A DNA stretch of 64,000 bases from the human T2T-CHM13v2.0 reference genome, Homo sapiens, in NCBI RefSeq assembly GCF_009914755.1, contig NC_060926.1; one strand, given 5' to 3'. The notes beneath the pieces were generated by a model. That model had not been told where the DNA came from. It did no database searches and saw only the letters and a list, made by a program, of their open reading frames with translations. A program made the position numbers and the translations under genes. Every line of letters begins with the position of its first letter. The stretch's first letter is position 1. Below are positions 12,256-27,097 of this stretch, piece by piece.

Positions 12256-15200
12256 CTCGTATTACTTAACTTTTCTACTTGCAAATTCCTTAACTTTTAT
12301 ACTTTCATACAAACATTTATACCAACTACTGACAATGTGACTGGTCTACTTGCTTCACCATAGCTGACTGCCTAAAACAACTCACTTCATTGTTTTTCCA
12401 TTTAACAAATCTATTTCAGAGCAACCGTGACTTCAAATTCTGATGTTTTCTTACAACTCTCAGTACTACTAATAACCTCCAAGTACTAGCCTGCTTGGAG
12501 GAATCGTAGGTAACTCAGATAAAACTCAAAGACACCTTTTGGCACACCACAGAGCAGTACCTGGAATATCTTTATCAAACCACAGGAACAAGTCGCTGAA
12601 TGAAAATTATCTTCTGGTTCAATTGTAGGCATATTCTTACTACTTATGTTTGAGTGTAGAGGACCAGCTCTTGGGACCCTTACGGTGATATTGATTATTA
12701 ACTCTGTGGCTTCCTGACTGTAATTTCCCCCAACCATGAATATTACTACTGTGTCGCACTGCCTTCTGTTATGGCACACTAAATCCCAGCTCTTCAACCT
12801 CTGCCACTGTGATAGGTTGTAGTATCAGAGGAGAAATAAAAATCATATGTTAAAGTAAGTGAGATACTCCTGTAAGGGCTGCTGCCTTTCCAGGTCTAAT
12901 GTGAAAGTGGTGAACTGGAGGATAATTGCAAAATCTTGTCTACTTCAGAAATCTGCCAGAGGATCTAGACTCACTTGGCTTTAGGGAGGGGAGATTGGAA
13001 AGACGGCATGAGGTAGTATTATACACATACAGTCAGCCTGCTGATCTGTTCCCAGGACAAACACATCAGAAACCAAGACTGAAATATAAACTACTGCAGC
13101 AAACTCAGAACCAAGTCAAAAATAATTTTCCTAGATTCACATTATTTCTGATTATTGTGTATTTCTTTCTTTACTTCCTTTCTTTGCTTTCTTAAAAATA
13201 TTGCTATGAAATATTTTAACCATATAGAAGAGAGCAGGCAATAGTAAAACAACATCCACATATATAAATCTTAAAAAGATAGCAGTTTGCAGATATGGGA
13301 AATTGGAGAAAAATATATTGAGCGTCATTACATTTATATAAAGTTTGTAAATATGCCAAACAATATGATGTGATATTTTTCATATGAAATGTTTTATTTT
13401 AACCTACAAAACCAATATTTAAAAAAGAGTTAAAATGTATTAAAATGTTACAGTACAATTGAAACCCTCAAGTTTTCTCTTCCTTCAAAAAGTAATCCTA
13501 TGAGGATTTTGGAGTTTATATTTCTATACATGTTTTATGATATTTTTACATATCAAATTATCCATATAAAACATATAGCATAGTTCTCTGTGTTTTCAAA
13601 TTTTACATAGTTGGCCTCTTAAAGATATTTCATGCATATCATCATTGCTTATGAGATATTTTTCATGTTGATACATGCAATCCTAATGTATTTCTTTTAC
13701 TGAATAATATATCCTTGGATGATTGTAATGTGTTTATCTATTTATGTTTTGTCTTCTAGGGAGACATTGAAATTTTTTCTCTAATATTTTGAAATTAGAA
13801 CTAACTCCCTCAATGGACTCTGTTATCCATGTCTCTTGGGCACAGCTGTGAGAACTTTAGAGATTACCCATAAGGTACAGTTGACAATTCTGTAGGATAA
13901 TGAACCTTAAGTGTCAATATCACAACTCAGTACTTGTGCTGTAGTCCTATTTTCAAATCAGGGTCATGGATACTGCTACAGGGGTTTTCAATATCCTCGG
14001 CCACACTTCACATCTGGTAGGAGAGGTTTGATACTCTTCTCTTCATTCACTAAATGATATTCATTTTTATGACTTCAAGAATTTTCTATATGCTGACGTC
14101 ATTCTATTCAGTACCTCAGATTCAAAATTCTGAGCTCAAAGCAGCTGTTTATTTATTAATTCATTCACTTATTTATTCATGCACACAGAAAGTATGTTTT
14201 AATACTCTACCAGAAACATCAAAATTGACATGTCTGAAACTATATTAATCATCTGCCACTGCCAAATTTCTTATTCTAAGTTTCTTATTACATAGACAAT
14301 CACTTACTTGTTTTCTTTGTCCTCAGTTCTGATTCTGATTTGTCCAATCCTTTATTCTTATTGTAGCTGGCATAATCTTATGAATTTGAAAATTAATGTT
14401 GCTTTTCTATTTATCTGATGATGTTACCCTCCAATAGTACCCTGTCACTTTCACGGCCCCAAGATGAGTGTAGTGAGCATGTTTTTCCCTTTACCCACCA
14501 CTAATTTCCAGCTCTAATTTCCAGATGAAACCACACTACTAGCTACTTGCGTTTTGTTGTTCATTTTCTCATCGCTTGTCTTTTCACTGCCTAGAATTTC
14601 TCTCCTCCTTCTTCACCTGGCTAACTCCTCCATGTCTTCTAAGGTTGACCTTCCACAAGAAGTTTTGCTTGTCTTTGAATTATGAACCAGTGATCTTTTT
14701 GTGTTTTTCCTGTGGCATATTGTTTGGCACTTTTATCATATCACATATCATAAGCTGCCTAATTTGGCAGTTTGCTTACTTGTCTCTCCCATTAACTCAG
14801 GTCTCTTCAAAGGCAGAGCTAATGCTTTATATCACTACCTTCCTGTAGCTCAAATTGAGGTTAATTCTTAGCAGATCCCAATCAAACAACAGGGCAAGCA
14901 TGACAAAATTACTTCTTCAAGGTCATACTGTTAGAACTGGGTTGAGAAGTCAAGTCTACTCATTTCCAGTGCAGGCCTCTTTTCATCACCAATCAGGGAA
15001 ACTGTCATTTGTTCAAAACTAATATCAACATATATCAGCATCATATGATATTAAGGTTGCCAAGGAAACCTATTTATGTCCAAAATGTCATTTTTCATTA
15101 CTGACTGATTCTTAAAATCTCATCAGCAGGAATATAAAATGAGTAAATTCTTAAAATGCAAACATTTTAATAAGAGAGAATGGTAGTTTACACTAAGCTA

Positions 15201-15865
15201 ATAGTACACACATTTGTCCTGAAGCAAGAATGATGATATAAGAGTCTTTCCCATTAAACAGGTGGGAAGGCTAAGAGAAAAAATAGAGGACCTAAAGCCA
15301 CTGGGAACTTAGAAAAACAGGCAAAATGGCTGGAGATGATGAAAGTCAACTCCATCTATTTTGCCTTGGGCTGGTATCTTTTTGAATCATACACATGGGA
15401 CAAAATGGTGTCTACTTACCAGTGTGCTTTTGCAATTGCACTACTTATTCTTCTTCTCCTTTAACATCCATACCCAAAGAGGCATACTCATACATTTGAT
15501 CTTTTCTTCCAAAAACAAGTATGGCATTCAAAGCACACTCAAGATTTACGTCTCATATAGTAACAAAGATAGACCTATAAAAATAAACACTTTATATTAA
15601 TTAAATAATTACCATAAAATTCTGTACTTTGGGAGATAGGAAGTCTCCCATATTCTTTATGGGAGACTTCTCCCATATCCTCAGGGAGAAGATAATGATT
15701 GAGGTTGGGGTGGAACACAGGAGAGGCCAGAGTGGTACCAGTGGTTGTGGTTTCTTATTCTCCGCTTTCTTCATCATAGTCTTAATTGACATCATTACCT
15801 TTTTCTTCTTTCTATTTTGTTTTTTACTGCTTCACATATTTGGCTTCCAAATGTACTCAAATTCC

Positions 15866-17115
15866 TTTTATTTATTTATTTTAAATATACTTCACTTTTT
15901 ACAGCCATTTTTGATTCATAGCAAAATTGAAAGACACTTACTTCCATAGAGTTTCATCCACTGTCAGTATCCCCCACCAGAGTAGTGTATTTGTTACAGT
16001 CAATGAACATACGCTGACACAGTGTTATCCCTGAAAGATCACGGTTTGTATTACAATTTACTCTTAGAGTTGTATATTCCATGAGTTTAGCAAAATGTAT
16101 AATTAAGTGTATCTACCATTATAGTATCCTGCCAAGTAGTTTCACTGCTGTAAAAATCCTCTGTGCTCTACCTATTCATCCATCCTGATAAACTCAGATC
16201 TTTTTACTCTCTCCACTGTTGTGGCTTTTCTAGAATGCCATATAATTGGAATCATATAATATCTAGCCTTTTCAGATTGGCTTATTTTACATAGTAATAT
16301 GCATTTAAGTGTTCTCCATGTCTTTTCGTGGCTTGATATCTTATTTCTGTTTAGTGCTGAATAACATTTCATCGTCTGGTTGTACTACAGTTTATTTATC
16401 CATTCACCTACTAAAGGGTATCTTGGTTTCTTCCAAGTTTTGGCAATTATTGATAAAGCTACTATATACATTCATGAGTGGGTATTTTTGTGGACTTATG
16501 ACTTTTCACCTCCTTTGAGTAAATATCAAGGAGCATGATTGCTGAATTGTAGGTTAAGCATATATTTAGTTTTAATGAAACTGCCAAATTGTCTTCCAAT
16601 GTAGCTATACCAGTTTTCATACCCATCATCAATGAACAAGTGTTTCTGTTGCTCCACATCTTTTCTAGCATTTGGTGTTGTTTGTGGTTTGGATTTGAGC
16701 CATTCTAATAGGCATGTAGTGGTATCTCATTGCTATTTCTTGTATTTTTCTGATGATATATGATATAAAGAATCTTTTCATATGGTTAATTTTCTTCTGC
16801 ATATATTTTTCTTCTTCTGTTGAGGTGCACGTTAAGGTATTTGGCTCATTTTAAAAATTCAGTTGTTTTCTTATTTGTGTGTCCTAAGAATTCTTTCAAT
16901 ATTTTGAATAGCAGTCCTCTATCACTTACGTATTTAGCAAATATTTTCACCCAGTCTGTGGCTTATCTTTTTATTCTCTTGACAGTGTCTTTCATGGAGC
17001 ATAAATCTTTAAGTTTAATTCATCTTACCAATTTTTTCTTTTATGGATTTCACCATTGATGTCCTATCTGAAAAGTCTTCCCCAAACGCAAGGTCATTCT
17101 AGATTTTCTTCTAGG
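15866..17115 (-). mobile_element. L1MC-type (L1MC1/2-like) 3' fragment
   Basis: cccccaccagagtagtgtatttgttaca, ttcagattggctt..., gtggtatctcattg. Minus-strand ORFs 16172-16372 and 16462-16671 resemble the decayed L1 ORF2 C-terminus. Confidence 0.75.
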
Positions 17116-17699
17116 GATTATGTGTTTACATTGGTGTTCACATTTCTGTTTTCTGCACTTTTCTATGTGTGTGTTTTAGTTCAAAAAAAATCTAGAAAAG
17201 CTTATAAAAAGGAAAAAAAGTCAAAGGAAGATATGTTTTCAAGAACAAAAGGACTATAATAGAATCACTTTTAATCTAATATAAAGATTAGAAAACTGAG
17301 ATGTACAATAGAAAGGATTTAAAGAAAGGTGATAAAGGAACGATGTTGAAATTTCTTGAGCTCTAGTTCAATTAGTTCATCTCTTCTCTCATTCATATAT
17401 ATGTGCATATATATGTATATATAAATATGTGTGTGTATATACACACACACAGACACATACACATATCAACAGTGGATGAAACTCTATGGAAGTAAGTGTC
17501 TTCCTTTGATTTTGCTATGAATCAAAACACCACAATTCTATTAAGGAAATGTTATTCTTATATCCTCATTTTATATGAAGGAAACTAAAGATGAGGGAAA
17601 TTGAGCAACTTATATAAGGTGGAGAAATATAAAGCATCTCTTGACAGCTGGGAGCTGGCCTGGTACCATCAACTGTGTTTTGGTGCTCACCAATTTTAC

Positions 17700-18149
17700 A
17701 GAACATCCACACAAGATAAGGGTGGTCATTAAGCCAAAATCTGGCTATTTTGTAATCATCCCTGAATGCATGCACAAAATTGAATATTTTCCAAGTCACA
17801 AACACCCCCTATCCTTATTAATGAGTGACTGCTACTTCTTTATCAATTATAACTTCACCTCAGCCTATTTTTTCTGGGTTTTAGATATGAGTTTTTAATA
17901 TAAATAATCATGTAATTAACCACACTTCATCATAGTATCTAAGCCAGAGCAAAGCCTCATTTCTTTCAAATGCTTATCAAAACTAACTAAGATAACCCTA
18001 AGTTCCATAAAAGTCTTTTCTAACATGCCCCTATTGAGAAACCCCACGATTCCCATGGTATGTGTTTTTCCTCAATGCAACAGAAAAGATACCCAACTTA
18101 CTCAACTATAGGTGTGTTCCTGGTCATCTTTGGCTGAAGGGCATGGGCA
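17700..18149 (+). mobile_element. ERVL-class LTR (MER54/MER73/MER74/MER88 group)
   Basis: The 3' terminus caactataggtgtgttcctggtcatctttggctgaagggcatgggca resembles this LTR group. The 5' boundary is uncertain. Confidence 0.45.
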
Positions 18150-19049
18150 GGGTCAAATGTGCTTGCTTGCTTTGGAGATCATTTTAAATTAATAGAGGAG
18201 TTCTGTTTTCTATTTAAAGACAAAGCATAGCAAGGCACGTTTGAGGTAGAGATGAAGGAACTTGCAAGAGTAACAGACTTTCTATTCTGTCAACTTTCTT
18301 GGTTTCCAGAATCTTTCCTACTCTCTATAATTTGCTTCCTTATGCTAAGACAGACAAGTTATATTTAAAACCTGTGGTATACAGAAATTTCAGTATCTCA
18401 AGAAAGTCCTATAACTCCATTTTAATAAGCTTGGTAATGAAATTAAAATGTATCACATAATGATTTTCTTTTGCTTCTGCTTAGGGTACACTGGCAGTTT
18501 ACGGAAGTCAGATGTGTTCAGACTAAATGTAATGTTTGTAGTTCCACAGAAAGCAGCTTTCCTTTTTTCTCTTTCATTTCTTAGCTCTGAAAATCTCCTG
18601 AATATGAATCTGTGGGTCCTTGTTTAATGACATATGCTGTGTGGTTAAGATTTCTCACCAGTTCATTGATGCATTAGATCTTTAAAATAAGGAGGAGTAA
18701 TGAGTATAAGCAAGATGAGTAAAATGTGAGCCTAAAAATGATGAAAGAGAAGCATGGAGACTCAAAGGTGTGATGGTTTCAGTTAATGGTCTCTCATTCT
18801 TTGAACTCTCCGAATTCACTGTGACTAAACACTTCTGAAGCTACAGCCAAGAAAAATGTTGAGAAACATTTGAGAAACCAATGAAAATAGATAAAATCAC
18901 TGTTTAAAAATGTACAAATTTATTAATGTAATGGAGAGAAATATGGAAAAGGAACCAGGCATATGCACAGAAAAGGAAAAGAGGAAAGAAAGATGAGATT
19001 TGCCGATATTTTCATATTTTCATATTAATAACCTAGTTGAGCATGACGT

Positions 19050-19470
19050 GGTGGTTTTAAAATATAACTTGAAATTACTTGATATTCTTCCTATAAAAAA
19101 GTGAATTCTGTTTCCTCTCCATGCCTTTGTGACTGTCTCAATGAGTAGATTGCATTGGAAGTGATGTTGTGTGACTGTTGACCACAGCTTAGAAAAAGCC
19201 ATTTAGTGTCTGCTGATTTATCTAGGAAAAGCACTCTCAGAGTTTTCAGTAGCCCGATAAGAAGCCTAACTTCTTCTAAGAAGATACTGGAGAAAGCCTA
19301 CATGAAGTTATAGTGGAGAGAGAGGAAGATGCCCCGTTGTTACAGACTTTCTAGCACAGGTTCCAGAAAAAGGGAATGATGACATTCATTTCAGGTAGCA
19401 TCTGACTACAGATGCTTCAGAGTCTCAAAGTAAGAACATCCTGGTGAAGTTCACTTTTAGACTTGTGAGA
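19050..19470 (+). mobile_element. Old MLT1 (F/G/H-like) LTR
   Basis: cctttgtgactgtctcaatgagtaga...ggaagtgatgttgtgtgact...agcttagaaaaagcc; catctgactacagatgcttcagag. Confidence 0.5.
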
Positions 19471-20453
19471 AAAATTGTGAAAGAGGCCTGATTTCCTCTC
19501 TCCAATTAGCTTTGCATTATGGAATACAGGCCAATCCCACCAGACAATTGGGTCTAAGTGAATTTTGTGATAGTTAATTACATCTTCTCCGTTTTTAGCT
19601 CAGTATGCTTGCAGGAATCATTTCTGGTGAGTGCTATTAGCCTCATATGGTTAAAATCTTTGGATGGTTGACATTTATAAGAAAAATAACTGAAGTACTC
19701 TTTTCTGATTATGAAACTGACATTATGGTGTAGATGTGAATAAATGAGCATCTTCATTTGGCCATAATAAAAAACTGACAAATCACTGCCCACCAGGAAT
19801 AGATCTTCAGCAACTATCCTTAGACAGATGAGAAAGCACAGATATGATTTCTCAAGGACAAAAAAAAAATCAAGCAAGAAACTTGGACAAATGTTTGAAG
19901 ACGTATTTGTTCTTGATAAAAAAATTGATGACTAGAAGAAATCTTAAACTGGGCATTCTCTTCCTCATGTTGAAAGGGAAATAATTTAATGTGCTGAGTA
20001 GGATCTAGGTAAGGTAGTTCTGGATTTACTTCTACCTCAACGACATATTATCTGTGTGACCTAATAGCAAATTTAATCTCTCTAAAGCTCAGATTATTTT
20101 TCTGAAATTTGGGTGAAAGTGTGTATGTAAGGATAATCTGACCTCAAATTGTTGTGAAGGTAAAATAGGACAATAGTAAAACATTTAGCAAATTCCGGTT
20201 TAGAATGTGGTTAATAAATAGTATAATTTTTCCTCATCTCTCAGAGTGAGTCTTCTCAGTAAAGTTTTACGTGTTGTGCAGTGGAGGCACCAGCAAAATA
20301 TTCAATTAATGATAGTTAATTGGCATGATTCTGGAAATAAATTGTTTGTCAAATAACTAGCAAATGGGTGATGACAGCCATTTGTGATAGTACACCAAAT
20401 TGAATAAATTAAGCAATAACGAGTGGACAGATAAACTCATGTCTTCTCTCTTC

Positions 20454-21197
20454 TGAAAAGGGAGAGTTCCCTGATCCCCCTCCCAGACATGTGACAGGGG
20501 TGTGGCTCATCTGTTTGGCCGTGGGCACTACTCAAACCCCTTACCAGAGGGGGAGCACACAGATGAACAGGTAAAGGACCCTAAATGGGTGTGTGTTACA
20601 GTGTGCCCTTTTAGCCCTGCCATCCACAGACGGCTTGAGTGTTAATCAGTTCAATGGGCCCTCTGCCTTTCTGCAAGAGCAGAGGGCCAGTGTGACAGCT
20701 TTATATGTCCTGTGCTCTTATGCAGTGTCCTGGAAAACTTGGGCCATACACAGAATCAAAGGATGAATGCGGGAGTTTTACTGAGTGGTGGAGGTGGCTC
20801 TCAGTGGGATGGATGGGGACCAGGAAGAAGGGATGGATTGGGAAGATGATCTTCCCCTGGAGTTTGGCCATCCAGTAGCCGAACTCCTCTCCAACCGCCC
20901 CTAGCCGAACTCCTCTCAGTGTTCAGATGTTCCTTCTTTTTCTCTCTTTCTTTGCTGCCGCGTCCGTCTGCGTGTCTCCTGGTCTCCTCGCCTGCTTTGT
21001 CTGCTTCTGGAGCCTGAGGTTTGGGGGTTATATGGGTACAGGATAGGGCGCGTGGCGAGCCAAAAAGCAACTTTTTGGGCACGAAAACAGGAATGCCTGT
21101 CCTCATTTATGGCCGCGAGTATCCAGGCTTGAGGATAGGGCCTTTGCGGGGAACCACCCCCTTCTCCCCAGTATTTCCCTGTCTCCTGTCCATATCA
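20454..21197 (-). mobile_element. Solo ERV1 LTR, LTR1 family (LTR1/MER52/LTR28 group)
   Basis: Minus strand begins TGATATGGACAGGAGACAGGGAAATACTGGG and ends GAACTCTCCCTTTTCA. TG...CA termini, 744 bp, 4-bp TSD cttc at 20450-20453 and 21198-21201. Confidence 0.88.
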
Positions 21198-22201
21198 CTT
21201 CCACCTAAATTCCTGGCCCTAAACATTCTTAAACACATAGCTGTCCCATAAAGGTCTAACGATAATAAATGCATCATGTTGGCTGCACCATATGCTGGGG
21301 CATACCTGAATACGACCTCTGAAATTCTGAGAAAAGATAATAATGAACTTAGAATTCTGGATTCAGCCCCTAAAATCAATCATATGTGATACAATATAGA
21401 TATTTCAAAGACACAATAATTCAGAATATGGACTTTTCTTACCTTTCCTGCTCAGTTACTTGAGAAGGTGATAGAAAGCTCCCGAGCCTAAAGGAAATTA
21501 GGTGAGTGTAGAGATTTGACACTGTCTTTTAGAAATGGAAACATCTGAATAATGTGAGAAAAGTATTTACAGCATTCCTATTACTTACCCCTTCTCTGCT
21601 ATAGGAGGTGGAATAGAGTGACCAGGACATTTCCTTATAAACCTGCTAATGAACTTGACCAGGTACACTTGTACAATATACATGGGATTGGCTAGAGAAA
21701 GACATTTGAAAGTTGTTTTCTCGTAAAGTCTTCTAGCAGGGTATACCTGGTTTGACTAGAGTGTTTATTGTAAGTATACCTGTGATTATAAATTTATGGG
21801 TCATAATTAAATTACTGAAGCGGCATAAAAGGGAAGAGTAATAAAAAAAAAGAAATGACTTCTTTTGTGAGCACTGTTTTTGCCTATATTGCTCAAGATT
21901 TATCTGTTACTATGAAATAAAATCAAATCTTAATACAGAAAAGAAGAATTTTCTGAAACATGCATATGATAGTTTAAAATTTATATGAGAAGTGAATGCT
22001 TTGACTATGCCTAGTACTCACTTATATCATTTTTATAAATACAAAAAGTTTGGTATCAAGCAAGACTTATAATTTAGGTGAGTCCTTTTAGTCAGATCAA
22101 CTTTTTACATTGACACAGTGTTGAATACAAACAAGTAAAAAGGCCATTTAAAACTCAAGAAAAAGCAATGGATGTATAAGAAAAGTATTACAATAACAAT
22201 A

Positions 22202-22541
22202 TAGTCATCCTTCAGTTTTCATGGGGAATTCGTTCCAGGATGTCCCACAGATAACCAAATTCTTGGATGCTCAAGTCCCTTATAGAAAATGGTATAGTAT
22301 TTACATATAAGCTACACATATCCTCCAATATAGTTTAAATAATCTCTTAATTATTTATAATTCATAATACGATGTAAATGCTATATAAATATTTGCTATA
22401 CTGTATTGTTTTGGTAATAATTACAAGAAAAATGTCTGTACATGTTCAGTATAAATGCAACCTCCATTTTTTTTCCAAAAATTTGTAATCTGGTTTGTTG
22501 AATATATGGCTGCAGAACCTACAGGTACAGAAGGCCAACTA
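22202..22541. mobile_element. MER2 (TcMar-Tigger)
   Basis: agtcatccttcag...ttccagga...ggatgctcaagtcccttatagaaaatggtatagtattt...gaaggccaact. Confidence 0.8.
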
Positions 22542-22996
22542 TGTATTAATTAACTGCATAATAAATCATATATGCATAGTCATTAACAAAGAAAAGACTT
22601 CATTGATTCTCAATATTTAGAATCAACATATAGACAAAGCACAGAATATATGATTATATTATGAAGTAGAATATAAATGCTATTAACCTTGGCATTAAAA
22701 TACAGATAAAAGGAGTTCAGAGGTCAAGGGAAAATAGAGTTGAAAAAAATTGTCGATAGTTTGCTTATTTTACAAAGTGAGCAGCATAGACACAGCTTGG
22801 TTGTTTGTAAAAACAAAAGCTAAATGAATCACAAAATGGTATGTTTCCAAAATGTATATATTAAGGAAATCTAAAATAGTGAATTCATTATTTGAGAAAG
22901 GAAAGAATATTCCATAGTAGTTAGAATAGTTAGTGTTTATCACATTAGGAGATAGAGATAGCAAAAACTGATAAATCAAAAAATTAGAAACATAAA

Positions 22997-23338
22997 CAGA
23001 CGCGTGTCACACAATGACTTTTCAATGACAGACCACATGTCCAATGGTGGTCCCATAAGATTATAATACTGTATTTTGACTGTACCTTTCCTATGATTAG
23101 CTTTGTTTAGATAGACAAATATTTACCACTGTGTTACAATTGCCTATAGTATTCAGTACAGTAACTTGCTGTTCAGGTTTATAGCATAGGAGCAATAAGC
23201 TATAGCATGTGGCCTAGGTGTACAGCAGGCTCTACCATCTAGGTTTGTGTATACATTCTATGATGTTCAGGGAACCACGAAATCGCCTAATGATACACTT
23301 CTCAGAACGCACCCCTGTCATTAAGTGACACATGGCTA
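22997..23338 (+). mobile_element. Tigger3a (MER7A)
   Basis: ggtggtcccataagattataatactgtatttt...aattgcctatagtattcagtacagtaac...aatcgcctaatga. Confidence 0.85.
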
Positions 23339-23929
23339 TATAGACAGAGGAAGATAATCAGCAAAAGACATAGTTCCTCTTTATAAGCCTGTGTATACTA
23401 CATAATAAAATATGCACATATATTACCTTAGCTATACACTTATACATATGTGCAGCCAAACTAGTGTATGTTCATCTTAATAATACATTTTATATACGTT
23501 TATATACGTGTGTGTGTATGTATATAGATATATAAAGAGGAAGAGAGAGAGAAGAGAGGGAGCTTGAAAAATGGATGGAAAATAAGACTCTTAAGACTAA
23601 AATTTTATCTGCCTCTGCTCAGGAGATAAAGCCCTGACGCTAAAATGTAATAATTTAGAATAATTCTGGTGGAAATATTTCCAGTTATCTTAGTTGCAGA
23701 AATGCTTGCTAAATTCTCCCAATTAGCCTGTATTCACTCTCAATATCCAGAAAGGAATTTATGATTATAACTGAATAGATGCATCAGAAAACAAAGAGAG
23801 TATGTGAACTACATATTAAAATCTCAGAAAAATTAATAAATTTATATTTAGATTTATAACAGAGTTTCTCATAGACTTAATGGTGTTAAAATTACCCCAG
23901 TAATAATTTGTTTTAGAAATACTTATTAA

Positions 23930-24220
23930 AGCAGTTGTCTGAACTCGGGAGCCATAGACCAATGGGCTACATAGTGCTCATGTTTCTCGTGGAGATGACA
24001 AAGATGAAGGAAGCAAGCCCAACAAAGTGTTTTTCTTGCTTCTGCTTGTATCATATTTACTAACATTTCGTTAGCCAAAGCAAGTCACATGAGCACACAA
24101 AAAGCCAAGTAGTGGTGAAGTAAATTTAACCTGCAGAGGCGGAAGGAACTGTAAAGTGACATGGTGAATGTTTCGGATAAGGGAATGGTGAATAGTTCAG
24201 TCCAATGGAGCAATCTACAA
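23930..24220 (-). mobile_element. Old MLT1 (J/K-like) LTR fragment
   Basis: cattt(c)gttagccaaagcaagtcacatg...gaactgtaaagtgacatgg...caatctaca. Confidence 0.5.
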
Positions 24221-25092
24221 GCTATCTCAAGGCTAAGACAGTTACTTGTATATAAAGGTTACAATTGAATATTTGTTTTTGAGCTTTCTTATAATAGACT
24301 TTCCATTTACAGGTTTAAGAATTATCTCTAGCCCATACCCATCTCTCTCTAAATAATGTATGCTAAACAAATTGGAAAGTGAAGGAACATTAAGCAGGAT
24401 AAAATAGGAAAACATATTTCATTTCTAATTCACTGATAAACAGGTAGAAAAAGCTTACATTTGGGACATGCAAGCCAGCAATTTGCTCATGCTGACTTGG
24501 CAGTAATAACTCAACTAATCTGTATTTATGTAAACAAAATAGATAAAATTTTTCATTTGAAATGGTGTGTTTCTGTTTCATTTAGACAGAAAGAGAGGCA
24601 CCTAAGTTAAGTCTATTTCACAAAAAATAAAAAGAAATATATGCATCTTTTAAAACTTCCAAAATAGTCTTGGAAGGCATATGTATGAGAGTGGTAAGTA
24701 GGTGGACAATTCAGGTGCTATGGAGAAGATAGCAAGATGGGAATGGTTCAAACTGAGAATATGAATGCCATTGTTAAGTACAGAGAGAAGCAAGTACACC
24801 TTTGTCTACTGAGAGAAGAAAATGGAAGAAAATGCTTTAGAGACATACAGTAATAAAGATGGAAAAACTCAGTCTTTACATAATTGATTGCTGTAAGTCA
24901 CGTCAGAGATTGAGTAACACGTGGAAAGAATACGTATTGGGGGTAGAATTAATCCTGAAAGAAAATGGCTGCTATTGTGGGAAAGCAAAACAAACAAACA
25001 AACAAACAAACAAACCCTCAACACTTGGTAAAATGGGGGATGACCAAGGAGTGGAATAACGATATTCATATTACAGCAAGCACTAGGAGTGA

Positions 25093-25541
<449 letters not shown>

Positions 25542-26915
25542 ATCTAAAGTAAAACATTTAATATGTCTGGATCTGGAAACACATGCATTAAGGTTTTATT
25601 AGAAAATAGTTGGGCACATTGTGGAGAAGTGGTAATTGAGTCTAGGTTTTGTCTAAATGATCAAAGTTGTGGCTTAAAAGTGTGATTTAAATTGATTTGG
25701 GTTAAATCAAATCCACCTTAGATCCTGCTACTTATGCTTGCAATCTTACCTAAGGATTATTGTATAAGAAGAAGAAATGCCAAGCATTAGAAGAGACAAC
25801 CAGGAAACAGTGCTGTAAATGAATGCCCACACTGAGAAACAACACATATTTTCCCCTGACTTTGAAAATGGATGTATTAGTTGCAAATACAATAAAATAA
25901 CAGCATGAATATTTGATATAACTAAACAATGCCTTCAACCTAACCTCGGAAAACTCTTGACCCAGCACATTCTCACAAATTACAGCAAGATTTTCAAAAA
26001 TCAGAGACTGCACATTGTCTACTGCACATTTTTTTACATTACTTCACCAAATTCGTTTTAAGCAACTCCTTGGAAATATTACCTATGAATACCCAGATGA
26101 ATAAGTGAGAGCCCTGTCCTCAAGAAGAAGAGACACATGCACTGATAATTACTGTTACAATAATAGGAGTAGGTCCTGTGTGTTAAGGAAACACAGAGAA
26201 GCAGCTCTTAAACTGACCTTAGATAGCTATGGGACGCTTTCTAGAGGAGCTGATAATTGAATTGAGTGAATTGAGCCAAAGGATCAGGGAAGTGTGATCT
26301 TGGCAGAGAGAAGATAGGCAAAGGCACAAAAATAAGAAATAGCTTAATGTGTAGAAGAAACTACTTATAATTAGGATAATTAGAGAGTGGTGTAGGAGGC
26401 TGAGCTTGGCAGGGAATGAGGTTGTGGAGGTCACCTAACAGCATCATAGGTCAGGCTAAGGCTTTTTCTTTGGCAAATGGATTAAAAAATGTTTTTATTG
26501 TGTATCTTTATCACTAAAAATATTTTAAGAATGCACTTTCAATATAATTTATGAGTGATATCCAAGTATTATTACAGCAATATATTGGAAACAGTATAAA
26601 ACATTCATACAAACAAAACATGTTTTAAAGGATAAGACAAACCATAAGTGGAAATTCTAATATTTTCCTCCTACACATCAATAATTTACCAAGTGTATTT
26701 CTGGGTTGGAGGGGGATACACCCCCCTTGAGAATCACAATTCGAAACTCTGAGAGTAAGGGAAGTGTTGTAGCAGAGAATTGACTTGGTTATTCTAAAAG
26801 CAGAATGGAGGTTAGAGTTAAGACAGCCAAGATTAGAAAGGAGAAAGAACAGTTAGGAGAAGGTCAGTAAGAGTGATACTGGTAAGATGGAGTGTAAATA
26901 AATTCTGAGGAAGAA

Positions 26916-27097
<182 letters not shown>

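Noticed and set aside
20876-20917. Direct repeat tagccgaactcctctc
   Set aside because: It lies inside the LTR1-family element and is probably a consensus feature.
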